Source of the DNA: Lytechinus pictus
Lineage: Eukaryota
Direction of reading: 5' to 3'
Length of the DNA: 64,000 nt
Assembly: GCF_037042905.1 (NCBI RefSeq)
Contig: NC_087251.1
Span: 12,216,001-12,280,000, forward strand
The notes below the pieces were generated by a model. It was not told the DNA's origin. It was given only the letters and a program-made list of their open reading frames with translations, and did not search any database. The stretch's first letter is position 1, and each line of letters begins with the position of its first letter. Of the stretch, positions 52,521-64,000 are shown one piece after another. A program made the translations under genes and the position numbers.

Positions 52521-53561
52521 CACTCAGCAAAAAAAGTTCTTGGACACGTAAAAAAGTTAAAATATTCAATATAGATATTTGATTAACGGCAAATTATTGT
52601 ATGTCAACATGACCAGACAATATTCCTCTTCCAGTATGACATGACATTTTCATGTGAACAGTCATGCATGAGTGGTTAAAGGCTCTAAACAATAGCAATG
52701 TCAGTAAAAAAAATTGCAAGAAATGGACCATTCAAATGCTAATGATCATGGCCATCCTGTAGGCATACATTCAGCAATTTCAACATGCGTTTATCATTTG
52801 AATTGAATGCTTAGGGATGCATCATGAGATGCATAATGAGATGGATCATTTGGACACTCACTTTCAAGATGAAACTTCCCAACCAAGAGCATGCAAGAGC
52901 AATAGGAATGTTGCAGTCTGGGCAGTCAATTAGAGAAGTGGCTCGATATTTCAAAGTTTCACCAACAACAATTTTAAATTTGAACCAGCGGTCTTTGGCT
53001 ACTAATGAAGTTAGAGATCGTCCTTGGAGTGGTCGACTTAGGGCCACCACCCCTGCAGTAGATAGGAGGATAAGGATAATTTTCTTTTGCTTATGCCAAG
53101 ATACTGAAATTTGACATTTTGTTCATCAACTAACTTTGACTTAAAATTCCAGTGGAATAGGGATGCATCCAATGTGGATAACTTTCTCTTCACTATTAGA
53201 GTGGTATTTGACTTTAAGTTTGCTTTTATCGTTTAATGGATATTTATGCCACACAAACTTTCACAACTGAAAGAATGACTGATCGTTTGCTAGCAATTTT
53301 CTTTTACTGACATTGCTATTGTGAAATGCCTGTAACCAGCCATGCACTGACTGATCCATTTCTTGCAATTTTCTTTTACTGACATTGCTATTGTTTAAAG
53401 CATTTAACCACTCATGCATGACTGTTTACATGAAAATGTCATGTCATACTGGAAGAGGAATATTGTCTGGTCATGTTGACATACAATAATTTGCCTTTAA
53501 TCAAATATCTATATGGAATATTTTAACTTTTATAAGTGTCCAAGAACTTTTTTGCTGAGTG
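52521..53561 (+). mobile_element. Internally deleted Tc1-like transposon with ~210-bp TIRs
   Basis: TA|CACTCAGCAAAAAAAGTTCTTGGACAC...GTGTCCAAGAACTTTTTTGCTGAGTG. Contains a transposase N-terminus. Confidence 0.9.
52869..53080 (+). pseudogene. Tc1 transposase N-terminal paired-like HTH remnant
   Basis: MKLPNQEHARAIGMLQSGQSIREVARYFKVSPTTI...VRDRPWSGRLRATTPAVDRRI: HTH plus GRPR-like linker. The DDE domain is absent. Confidence 0.85.
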
Positions 53562-54791
53562 TTTACACGTATAAGTCTTTCTCCCCAAAGTGATATATTT
53601 TTTATTTGGCAGCCATTTCAAAAGTATAGTTTTTTTTGGGACGCACTGTATATGGTTCGGTCAACTTGGTCCTTATTGTCAAAACTGTAAAAATTGAAAT
53701 TTTGTATAATTCAAACAATAAAAAACAAAAGAAATAGTGAGTGATGGACATCATCGACTGACTCATTCGGATGACACAGAGTTGTGCATATCACTGTTTT
53801 GTGGAAAATAAGCGAAATTTTAAAATGCCATAACTTTCTTATTTTACATCCGATTTTGATGAAATTTTCAGCGTTCTGCTGGTTTGATTTTTCTCTATTT
53901 ATTCAAATAAACTATTTTCTGTGTATGATACTAGCATAGATCTCAGCAATTCTATTGATTTTGAGGTCAGAAGGTCAAAAGTGAAGCCGCCACCTTCCAC
54001 TTTTCTTGCTTGACCAATGACTCCATTTTCCATGTTACAGGTGGGCGTATTATGCTCGCCTTAGCGACACTCTTGTTCTGGGATGGACTTGACCTTTCAG
54101 TTTAATCCCCCCCCCCTCCCCGACAATGGTCCACAACGTCAGCTCTTGTAGCAGTGTATAGTAACTGTCTTTATTTTTTCTTCCTCAGTACCAATGTACA
54201 ATTGGTGCATTGCACACAGTTGCGCAAAACTTTTTTGGTTGTTAAAATGGACAAGATAACCATCAGAAGCAAAGCTTTTAAATTTGGTCTTTTATGTAAA
54301 AAAATATATATTACTTTTTATTTTGCAAATAAACATCATGTGTAACCTTGCAAGAAAAACTGAAATTTCCAGATGCTATTAAATTACTACAAGGTAAATG
54401 TGGGTGATACCTGGTAATGGAAATTGGAGAGTTTGAAATAGAAGTTTCAAAGTATTATAAAACGTGCAACATTTTTGGCTGGGTGGGCTTGTTTTATCAG
54501 GGGTGTTCCATTATACATGTATGTGGTGACCCCAGTTTACCACCGACACCCAATTTTCCCATGCACTTTTGTACAGGTAGAATCTCGTTCTCTCCAAGGA
54601 GTTGGCCCTTTTAATTTTGCATTTTCCTGTATTGGAAAAAAAAGCTGCGCCCCTGCCAGATAATTGGACACGCTGCGATGGCACAACGACATCTTCTGTA
54701 ACTATCTGCACTGAGTGTTCAGACGAAGGTGATCACTTCGCCCTCTAGAACAAAATATGTGTTTCCACCTCCCGTAAAGTATTCTTACTAA

Positions 54792-55312
54792 GGGTGTGTT
54801 CAATGTCGATTTTCAAATTTAAACTTAACATGAATCATGATTGAAAACTCAATTAGAAAACACTGAACACTAACATGATCAGCGATGCACTGTTCAGTGT
54901 TGAAAATATAAAGCCATTTACATGTTGATGATCTTTAAATTTCCCGCTTTCGTTAGCGCAGCTTTAGTGCGCAGTTTGACCCATCACAAGAAAAGTCAGT
55001 TCTGGCACCTGTTTATGTCGACTTCAACTGCGAGAGTAAATTTGAAGATGTTTCAAAACTCAACTGTGTTCAATGTCGCATTCGCGATGCTCAAGGTCGT
55101 AAAAATTTGAGCTGATGGCGTTTACAAAGGCATCTTTTTTTACGTTTAAATTTTCCTCCGAATCATGATTTGAAAGACGTTTACTTTTATGACCGGAAAT
55201 AGAGGACATTGAACACACCCTTTGTTTTTCATTATGTCCACGTTTTGTAATCACGTTTTTAATCATGATCCATGCTGCTGTTTCAATTTGGAAACGGACA
55301 TTGAACACACCC
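54792..55312. mobile_element. PIF/Harbinger-like MITE
   Basis: 16-bp TIR GGGTGTGTTCAATGTC / GACATTGAACACACCC flanked by TAA and TAG. Internal TIR copies at ~55065 and ~55205. Confidence 0.8.
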
Positions 55313-55430
55313 TAGGACAACATTAAAGTATTCCAGTCACAGTACAGAATCTATTCTAGCATGGACCCTTCAACTATTCTAAAGAGATATATAAAGGTAT
55401 GTCTTTACTTTATTGAGGTGCACTCTAGGC

Positions 55431-55840
55431 GGTTTATTTCCGATTCGTCTAATGCTAATTCATCCAATTGCCAACTTGTCTAATATCATTGGGTCTACCA
55501 TCAGTTCGTCGATCCACTCACCACATGGTCTACTTTCATTTAGTCTAATGCCATTCCGTCTAATAACCAGTTGGTCCAATAGCCATTTAGTCCATATACC
55601 ATTTGGTCTATTTGGATTAAGTGTTAAATTGTGCAAAATGAATGAAAATGAAATGGATATTAGACCAACTGGTTATGAGACGATATGGACATGGATGAAA
55701 TTTTGATTGGACCAAATGAGTTATGGACCAAATGGTTGTCAGACAAAATGTTGATGGACGGAATGGCATTAGACTAAATGAATTAAAATAGACCATGTGG
55801 TGAGTGGACAAGATGGCAGTAGACGAATTGGCAATTTACT
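55431..55840. mobile_element. Foldback-type MITE built of short GTCTA/GTCCA repeats in inverted orientation
   Basis: The left half repeats TTCGTCTA/TTGGTCTA and the right half TAGACCA/TGGAC. Ends ATTCGTCTA / TAGACGAAT. Confidence 0.7.
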
Positions 55841-56150
55841 CATCAGACTGCCTGCCACAAGGCTCACTCCCACATGCTCCCACATACATGTATATGACAT
55901 TACATCAATTCATGATTTATGTATAACAGCTGATTCGCAAACAGCATTTATGACTGTGTTTTGACCAGACGGTCAGCAGGGGGGGGGGGGAGTCTATGGT
56001 TCTAGACAACACTACACACTCCACTGGACAAATATTCATCACTTAATCATCACATAAAATTTCATTCTAATCCTTTTAATCAAAGTACACGTCTTGGAGA
56101 TCACAAAGTTGTCTATTTTAAAATGCTTGCACTTAAAAAAAAAATCTTAA

Positions 56151-56729
56151 AGGGATAGTCCAGTCTGGAGATAAAATTCACAGAGCAAAATGCTGAAAAT
56201 TTTGATAAAAATCGGATAACAAATAACAAAGTTATTGAATTTTAAAAATTTGCATTATTACGGTGAAACAGTTCTAGGCATGTCGTCATGAATATTCATT
56301 ATGTTTGCTGATGATATCATATCCCCACATGTTTTTTTTTTGTATTTTATTAATTGAAATTATGTTTATTAAAAAATTTCCTACCAAGAACTAAAACAAT
56401 TGGATTGATTAAGTGCATTAGTTATTTATTGCCGCAACTTATTTCATCATAACAGAGACACATCATTTACACATGTATGACAAAAATGAAACATTTATGA
56501 TTTCATGTAATAACATTAAAAAAAAGAAAGTGGGTATGTGACATCATCAGCCCACCTAATGAATATTCATGACGATGTGCATATAACTGTTTTCAAAAAA
56601 TATTTATAAACTTTAAAATTCAATAACTTAGTTATTTGTTATCCAATTTTGTTTAAATTTTCAGCATTTTGCTCTGTGGATTTTACTCTATTTAATTAGA
56701 TATAAATACTTTCAGCCCGGTCCATCCCT
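56151..56729. mobile_element. TTAA/Kolobok-like MITE (family of 696-1277)
   Basis: TTAA|AGGGATAGTCCAG...CCCGGTCCATCCCT|TTAA. Confidence 0.85.
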
Positions 56730-58889
56730 TTAAGGATTTTTAAAAAGGAATTTATCATGTTTATCATGCAAAGAAACCTGTCTGTCGTAAAGAAAGTGAT
56801 AAAATTTGGCTACGCCTCTCCTAATTACCAAAGGTCTGATCACAGAATGAAAATTCTGTCTGTACAAGAGTGAATGGAAAACGGAGGTGTCAGAAAAGAG
56901 GTTTACCTTTACCAGTGATTCTATTTGGTTAGTGTAAACATCTTTTCATTGGCTTCAATACATGTTGCTTGCCTGTAGTTATTGTAAATGTATTTGTACA
57001 CTGTAGAATCATGGAGGTTGAAGCCTCCATGTTAGAATAGTGCTCTCTGAAGCTTACTGTCTTAAACTTGGAAATCTTAAGCAGTCTACCAAACCAGTTT
57101 TGAAGACCACCTCGCAATGTAGGTCTCAACTTCTCAAGACCGTTTTCCTTCATTAAACTGGATGACAGTCAAAGATTTCTATTCTATTAAAGAATTCTTG
57201 GAATTATAATACCACCTACATGTAGACTAGTTTTGACCATTTCAAGAATACTGGTGCAGGGACAATAAGAACTTTGACAGTTGTGTATTTTTTTTTTAAT
57301 ATGGCATTTGAGAAATGGGTGATGATTTCATGTTTTTTTTATAATGCTAAATAAAGATTTATTCATTCATGAGACGACATTAAAAAAAATACATGTGATT
57401 CTATTAGACAAATATTGGCTTCAGAGTGAGGGGGTCTTTCAACGTTGGATATTGTGACTAAATAAGTTAGTTCAATGCTCACTAAAGTTTCTTGTCAGGT
57501 ATTTCATTCTTATATGAGAATATTATTATCAAAGCATTAAAACTATTAAATAAATTTGAAATCATAAAACAAAACAAAAGACAAATCGTGGACATTATTT
57601 TCAGATTATGATTCCATGTCCACATTTTAATTGCAGTCTGTTTATTACTGTACACTATCAAAGGCCACTGCCTTGACCTAAAAGCATTAAAGCCTTGTGT
57701 AAATCTTTCATAGTGAACGATATGACCTTATAAAACCCACAAGCATGTACCTTGAAGAATCAATCAGTCAAACAAAAATTCAAAAAGATTGTGTGCATGT
57801 GTGTGTGACATCATCTGCTCCCTAATTTTCTGTCTTGTAAAATCAAGTGAAAACAGAGATATATTCCTAATTAGTATATATCTCTATTAGTGAAAATTTA
57901 AATGCCGTTAATAACTTTTGCAACCAACAAATGACGAGGGCGTCAACACATTGCAGCATTTGTGATCCAAACAAACAGAATAGAAAGGCTGCGCACATGC
58001 ACCAGGAATATAACTTTAGAGGCCGATAAATTCAAGCAAGAAAATTGAGAAATCCTGCTTTGTACTATTTTGATATGGATGTACATGTAGATAAGGAAGT
58101 GTAGGTGTTAAGAGTCTGAATTTCTTTATTTTAGCATTCCACAGTGTAGCATTCTAAGTTCAGTAGTTGCCCTCCCTATAATCAGTGTTAGATGGCCAAT
58201 CTTATTCATACACTTTTGTCATTCAGCAATATCAAATTAAAAAAATTTGGGTTGGGTCTTATAAATATCTTTTGCCTTCCTTTTGTAATTAGGCTTGTGG
58301 CACCCTTAGGGCATACATAAATTACCATCCTTCATCATCCTTGGCTTGGCTGGGTTTCTTTTCCCATTGGCGACTCTTAATCTAGACTACATGTATCGCT
58401 CTTAGCACCACAGTTGCTCAGCTATAAACTCTGCAATTTTGCGGGGCAAAATAATCCTGCTCTATAGGCAGGGTTAGCCCAATTTGCAAAAATTTTGTTT
58501 AAAAACAAAGCTTAATCCCATAATATGGGGGTAGGTGGAGGGAATAATTGACAATTTAGCCCCACAGAGTTAAGCAAATTTTAGCCAGTGTAAAAAAACA
58601 TTAAATACAAGAGCTCTTTAGTTTTTACAACCCTACATGTTCATCACTTCAAATCTCATTAATTCCTGATTGTCTGTAATCTTATTCTAAGGTATGTAAT
58701 CTTCTTCTAAGGTAAACAGCTTATTAATGTACATATTTTATTTCCACACTTGTTCACACAAATTCAGGTAGGGGTGTGACTCATTCTGCAGTTGGCTGAG
58801 CGCATATCGTAGGCCGGCCGGATCAAAGGCACAAGCCAACAGGAGCCTTATCACGTCAACAGATAACTTATCAACAGATCCCACCAATC

Positions 58890-59117
58890 ATGGCACCTCA
58901 GAATGATGAAGTAACACCCTTACTTGGGAATTATAGTTATATATCCAAAGACAGTAGCAAAGACAGGTGCTCATTTCTGCAGCGTTGTAAGACCATGACA
59001 ATGAGACGGTGGGTTTGCTATGGTATCCTGGTGCTACTAGCCCTGGTGCTTGTTCTAACAGGGCTGATAGGGATTCCTTATATGATGTCTGCTGTTTACA
59101 GATGGGTCATCGATAAA
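58890..59117 (+). CDS. CD36/scavenger receptor class B family protein, first coding exon (cytosolic N-tail and TM1)
   Basis: ATG in AATCATGG context, an in-frame upstream TGA at 58797, an acceptor TTCAG ending at 58767, hydrophobic WVCYGILVLLALVLVLTGLIGIPYMM, and a phase-0 donor AAA|GTAAGT that joins in frame to the next exon. Confidence 0.85.
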
Positions 59118-59240
59118 GTAAGTCTGCTTCAGATTAAACTGACTCTTTGTTTTAAATCTAGTAGTAATTTACTAGAGCTAATCCTTTGTAAAGTTAGAGA
59201 GCCATTTTTCATTTAAAGAAAATGAATTTGTTACCATTTT

Positions 59241-59778
59241 TGTCTCGTATGCATAGCAGAGCGAGCGAGACTATAGGCACCGCTTTTCCGACGGCGGCGG
59301 CAGCGTCAACATCGAATCTTAACCGAAGGTGAAGTTTTTTAAATAACTTAGAAAGTATATGGACCTAGTTCATGAAACTTGGACATAAGGTTAACAAAGT
59401 ATTAATGAACATCCTGCATGAGATTCAGGTATGACCAAGGTCAAAGGTCATTTATGGTCAATGAACTTAAACCATGTTGGGGGAATCAATATCGAAATCT
59501 TAACCAAGGTTTAGTTTTTGAAATGTCATAACTTGGAAAGTATATGGACCTAGTTCATAAAAATTGGACATGAGGGTCATCAAGTATTACTGAACATCCT
59601 GCCTGAGTTTCAGGCCACATGACCAAGGTCAGAGGTCACTTTGGCCATGTTGTGGGTATTTGTTGAATTGTCATCATAACTTTGAAATTTTATGGATCTT
59701 GTTCATGAAACTTGGACATAAGAGCAATCAAGTATCCCTGAAAATCCAGTGGAAGTTTCAGGTCACATGACTAAGGTC
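59241..59778 (+). mobile_element. HINE family A copy, 3'-truncated, in a CD36-family intron
   Basis: Same 5' end and GGTCAAAGGTCA units as the other copies. Confidence 0.8.
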
Positions 59779-59789
59779 TGTTAAATATA

Positions 59790-60430
59790 TTGCCCTTAAA
59801 AGAACCATATTACCCAGTATGATTCTGTTGCGGGCAACGTATTTGATGTTCCCCTCAAGGCCAGTCAATATTATAATAATTAACTGTTTCAAACATCTGA
59901 GCAGGGCAACTTTGATACATTATTGCTTGCTTATGACTGTGATCAAATGGCTGGTCGATAAGTTTCCAATCGTTTATCCACGTACCCAATTTATTGCCCG
60001 CTCAGGAAAGTCAATGAGAAAATGCGTGGAAATGTAGCGGGCCATAAGATAGAGCTAACATCCGTGTATTCTACGCGTTTTTGTATGCGTCCTGGAACTG
60101 CGCAGTGCTATATACGTCACAATGTTAATTAAGTTGAGACAACGCTGGATACTGTGTCCCCAGGTCAGGGACGCGTCATTTCAATTCTGTCACAATGGTA
60201 AAGTTCAGAGGCCCAGTCTGCTCAACATGACAAAAAAGATTCCCATTTTAACGATTTTTGCTCTAGAAGTCTGATTTGGTTAATAATAGCAATATTGACT
60301 GGCCTGGTGGCGAAAGGGCATATATCGCCCTCACTAAATTGATATCACCCTCGTTTACGACTTGAGCGATATAAATCTAGTTTGGGCGATATATATCGTA
60401 TCGCCCTGAGGCCAGTCAATATTGCTTTAA
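59790..60430. mobile_element. Repeat with three GGCCAGTCAATATT motifs (two direct, one inverted), possibly Crypton-like
   Basis: AGGCCAGTCAATATT at ~59858 and ~60408, AATATTGACTGGCCT at ~60291. Superfamily uncertain. Confidence 0.45.
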
Positions 60431-61036
60431 TATAGTACCCTTCCCCATTTTAATACACCGAACACTTGTCAAGAAGACAGAAAATCATTTGATGTGACTA
60501 AGTTAGGTATCGAACTGCAACCTCACATCAGTGAGGCAGGTGCCCTAGGCTATGACTGAGTTAAGCATGTCCAGTCAGTTTATTTTCTTTGAGTATAAGC
60601 TTTAACAACATGCACTTTAATATTAATGGTTATTGTACATGCAGTACTTTGAGGGGCAATCCAACATGTTTTGGATTAAACATTTGTTAATTTGGGTTCC
60701 ATTCAGTGTCAATTACACTTGTATCATCCTGAAATTTAGGCTCCCAAAAGATGAAGAAAAAGATATAAAGAGTCCAGGGCATTGCTGTACTTCTGTGTAC
60801 ACTACAGTACCCTGGAACCAAACAATCAAACAAAATGCTACTGCACATGTAATTCCCTTTAATATCATTTTATCTACATGTATATTGTTGAGACATGTAA
60901 ACATTTCGATTTCATGTACATTGATAATAATTTGATAAAGTATATTACCAAAGTCCAGTGCTTGTTACAAATGCTATAATGAATCTTGTTGAACGTAGTG
61001 ATGGTAATTTTACATTCTCTTGTTTTGTTCTTTCAG

Positions 61037-61194
61037 ATGATGGTGCTGGATCCTTCCTCGCCTCTGTTCGTAGAATGGCAGACGCCGAATATACCCATGT
61101 TTCAGTCTTTTTATTTTTTTGACATTCAAAACCCAGAAGAATTTAAAGCAGGTGGAAAACCAAATGTTATCGAGAGAGGACCCTATGTATACAA
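61037..61194 (+). CDS. CD36/scavenger receptor class B family protein, second coding exon (start of the ectodomain)
   Basis: MMVLDPSSPLFVEWQTPNIPMFQSFYFFDIQNPEEFKAGGKPNVIERGPYVY matches the CD36-family W..P....FYFF...NP......KP...ERGPYVY motif. Acceptor TTCTTTCAG, donor AA|GTGAGT; 158 nt. The gene continues beyond the window. Confidence 0.95.
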
Positions 61195-61204
61195 GTGAGT
61201 TTTT

Positions 61205-64000
61205 TGTCTCGCCTGCATAGCAGAGCAAGACAAGGCGCTGCTTTTCCAATAGCGGCGGCGTCGTCAACATCAAATCTTAACCGAAGGTTAAGTTTTTGAA
61301 ATGTCATCATAACTTACAAAGTATATGGGCCTAGTTTATGAAACTTGGACATTAGAGTAATCAAGTATTACTGAACACCCTGCCTGAGTTTCAGGTCACA
61401 TGACCAAGGTCAAAGGTCATTTAGGCAGGGCTTTCATTCCCAAATTTTGAGTGCCCGAAGTTCAGTTTTAGGCGCCCCGAATAAACTTCCATTACACATT
61501 GAGAACCTACTTCAAACACCCTACGATCATGCACAAACAATCAACCTCGCTTACATGGACATTTTGTTGTTGTAGGCAATAATTTAAATAAATGTAAAGT
61601 CCCGATGTGAATCACGTGTCCATCTGAACGAATGGTTCTCGGTGAATTCACATAAGCCCACTTACACCACTGCACGTGCATGCCGCATACACTCGATGTC
61701 AGCACCTCCTCATAAAACAACAAGTAACTTGCCCGAGATGAAGTTGCATCCAAAATGAGCTCTAAATTGGTGGGAATAAATATTATACCCCTTATATGTA
61801 GTTTTCTCTGAATTGTCATTTAAATTGGTATTCTATGCTGATATCATGATTGTGAGGAAAGTTTATGGAATATGAGTTATGACGATGTTTGAGAATTAAT
61901 CCTGACAAGAGTCACTCACAAGTGACATGATAATCCAAATTTAACACAAGTGCAAGAGCTCGATCAAAAGAAATACGAATGTCTCAAATGGAGATCTAAA
62001 TAGATATGAATGATTATTTGATGTAAATTATTGTTAAATTATTACGATTTAATAAATTTCTATGGCCATACTAAAAATATTGGTAATGTCAGCAAAGTTA
62101 TGTTGTCATTATTTTTCTTTTTGATCCTGAGCTAGCTCCATAAAGAAGCAAAATGAGCATGCGCGACTGATGAAGAGAGCTCTAGCTAATGAGACCGAGT
62201 TGGCACAAACGGGGGCACAAATGAGCTTCAGATTGATGGAAATATTTATCAAATGTAATTTTCTCTGCTTGGTCATGTAAAATGGTATTCTATGTTGATA
62301 CTACGATCGTGAGAAGTGTTTCTGCAATTTAATGTTCGAGAATCAATCCTGACATGTTTTTGTCTCACCTGCAAAGCAGAGTGAGACTATAGGCGCCGCT
62401 ATTCCGACAGCGGTGGCGTCAACACCAAATCTTAACCGAAGGTTAAGTTTTTGAAATGTCATCATAACTTACAAAGTATATGGGCCTAGTTTATGAAACT
62501 TGGACATTAGAGTAATCAAGTATTGCTGAACACCCTGCCTGAGTTTCAGGTCACATGACCAAGGTCAAAGGTCATTTAGGCAGGGCTTTCATTCCCAAAT
62601 TTTGAGTGCCCGAAGTTCAGTTTTAGGCGCCCCGAATAAACTTCCATTACACATTGAGAACCTACTTCAAACACCCTACGATCATGCACAAACAATCAAC
62701 CTCGCTTACATGGACATTTTGTTGTTGTAGGCAATAATTTAAATAAATGTAAAGTCCCGATGTGAATCACGTGTCCATCTGAACGAATGGTTCTCGGTGA
62801 ATTCACATAAGCCCACTTACACCACTGCACGTGCATGCCGCATACACTCGATGTCAGCACCTCCTCATAAAACAACAAGTAACTTGCCCGAGATGAAGTT
62901 GCATCCAAAATGAGCTCTAAATTGGTGGGAATAAATATTATACCCCTTATATGTAGTTTTCTCTGAATTGTCATTTAAATTGGTATTCTATGCTGATATC
63001 ATGATTGTGAGGAAAGTTTATGGAATATGAGTTATGACGATGTTTGAGAATTAATCCTGACAAGAGTCACTCACAAGTGACATGATAATCCAAATTTAAC
63101 ACAAGTGCAAGAGCTCGATCAAAAGAAATACGAATGTCTCAAATGGAGATCTAAATAGATATGAATGATTATTTGATGTAAATTATTGTTAAATTATTAC
63201 GATTTAATAAATTTCTATGGCCATACTAAAAATATTGGTAATGTCAGCAAAGTTATGTTGTCATTATTTTTCTTTTTGATCCTGAGCTAGCTCCATAAAG
63301 AAGCAAAATGAGCATGCGCGACTGATGAAGAGAGCTCTAGCTAATGAGACCGAGTTGGCACAAACGGGGGCACAAATGAGCTTCAGATTGATGGAAATAT
63401 TTATCAAATGTAATTTTCTCTGCTTGGTCATGTAAAATGGTATTCTATGTTGATACTACGATCGTGAGAAGTGTTTCTGCAATTTAATGTTCGAGAATCA
63501 ATCCTGACATGTTTTTGTCTCACCTGCAAAGCAGAGTGAGACTATAGGCGCCGCTATTCCGACAGCGGTGGCGTCAACACCAAATCTTAACCGAAGGTTA
63601 AGTTTTTGAAATGATAGCATAACTTAGAAAGTATATGGACCTAGCTCATAAAACTTGGACATAATATAAAGTATTGCTAAACATCCTGCCTGAGTTTCAA
63701 GTCACATGACCAAGGTCAAATGTCATTTAGGGTCAATGAACTTTGGCCAAGTTGGGGTATCTGTTGAATTACCATCATAACTTTGAATGTTTATGGGTCT
63801 GATTCATGAAACTTGTACATAAGAGTAATCAAGTATCGCTGAACATCCTGTGTGAGTTTGAGGTCACATGATCAAGGTCAAAGGTCATTTAAAGTCAATG
63901 AACTTTCACCAAGTTGGGGGTATTTGTTGAATTACCATCATAACTTGAAAGTTTATTGGTCTAGTTCACAAACCTCGGATATATGAGTAATCAAGTATCA
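61205..64000 (+). repeat. Head-to-tail ~1155-bp tandem units, each starting with a HINE family A 5' end; the third copy continues as an ordinary HINE
   Basis: HINE starts at 61205, 62361 and 63516. ORFs 61541-61819 and 62696-62974 are identical. Each full unit contains a CAGGGCTTTCATTCCC (hAT-like) left end. Confidence 0.9.

Larger units (their letters stand above)
49194..53648. mobile_element. Tc1/mariner-type non-autonomous element with long TIRs
   Basis: TA|CAGTGCATCCC..AAAA..ATAC.CTTTTGAAATGGCTGCCAAATAAAAA ... TTTTTATTTGGCAGCCATTTCAAAAGTAT..GGGACGCACTG|TA. Confidence 0.85.
48619..54076 (+). mobile_element. HINE family C element in two pieces (48619-48884 and 53922-54076)
   Basis: 5' ATACGCCC and 3' GGGCGTAT subterminal repeats, (GTCC)n, and a 3' TCGC-CTTA-GCGA hairpin followed by CTTGT. 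Confidence 0.6.
48887..54097. mobile_element. TTAA/Kolobok-like MITE (same family as 26727-27319), split by nested insertions
   Basis: The left half 48887-49191 and right half 53651-53921 rejoin to match the 26727 copy. The terminal GGATGGACTTGACCT is displaced to ~54081-54095. Confidence 0.8.

Noticed and set aside
57010..57031. Small hairpin CATGGAGG-TTGAAG-CCTCCATG
   Set aside because: An 8-9 bp stem is expected by chance in 64 kb, and bacterial terminator logic does not apply.
59118..59216. C-terminal part of ORF 58890-59216 and N-terminal part of ORF 60986-61198
   Set aside because: Read-through into intron beyond the GTAAGT donor and before the TTTCAG acceptor.
61541..62974. Duplicate 92-aa minus-strand ORFs
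   Set aside because: Identical only because of the tandem duplication; no recognisable domain.

Overview
AT-rich, intron-containing animal genomic DNA. The repeat types suggest an invertebrate deuterostome such as a sea urchin, but this is inference. The only confidently recognisable host gene is a CD36/scavenger-receptor class B (SR-BI/LIMP-2) family gene on the + strand, with its first two coding exons at 58890-59117 and 61037-61194. A candidate promoter and untranslated first exon lies about 30 kb upstream, near 28.3 kb. Most of the rest is a dense, deeply nested set of non-autonomous transposons that can be reconstructed from terminal inverted repeats (TIRs) and target-site duplications (TSDs). 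(1) A ~25-kb nest at 3.2-28.1 kb: Helentron/DINE-like element > Harbinger-like element > 20.7-kb TTAA (Kolobok-like) element > 10.5-kb Merlin-like element with inverted GGATAC minisatellite arms. (2) A 6.5-kb Academ-like element with ~1.3-kb inverted arms enclosing a decayed Gypsy pol. (3) A second nest at 48.6-54.1 kb containing a Tc1 transposase remnant. Also present are LINE and SINE remnants, several near-perfect hairpins, and two near-identical tandem amplifications (3x765 bp and ~2.2x1155 bp). I found no intact transposase and no convincing new protein-coding system. The best leads are the large transposase-less elements, an N-terminal dileucine motif in the CD36-family protein, an asymmetric CpG-decay boundary at the candidate promoter, and weak antisense exon candidates. 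Superfamily names are inferred from terminal sequences and TSD lengths only, with no database search.
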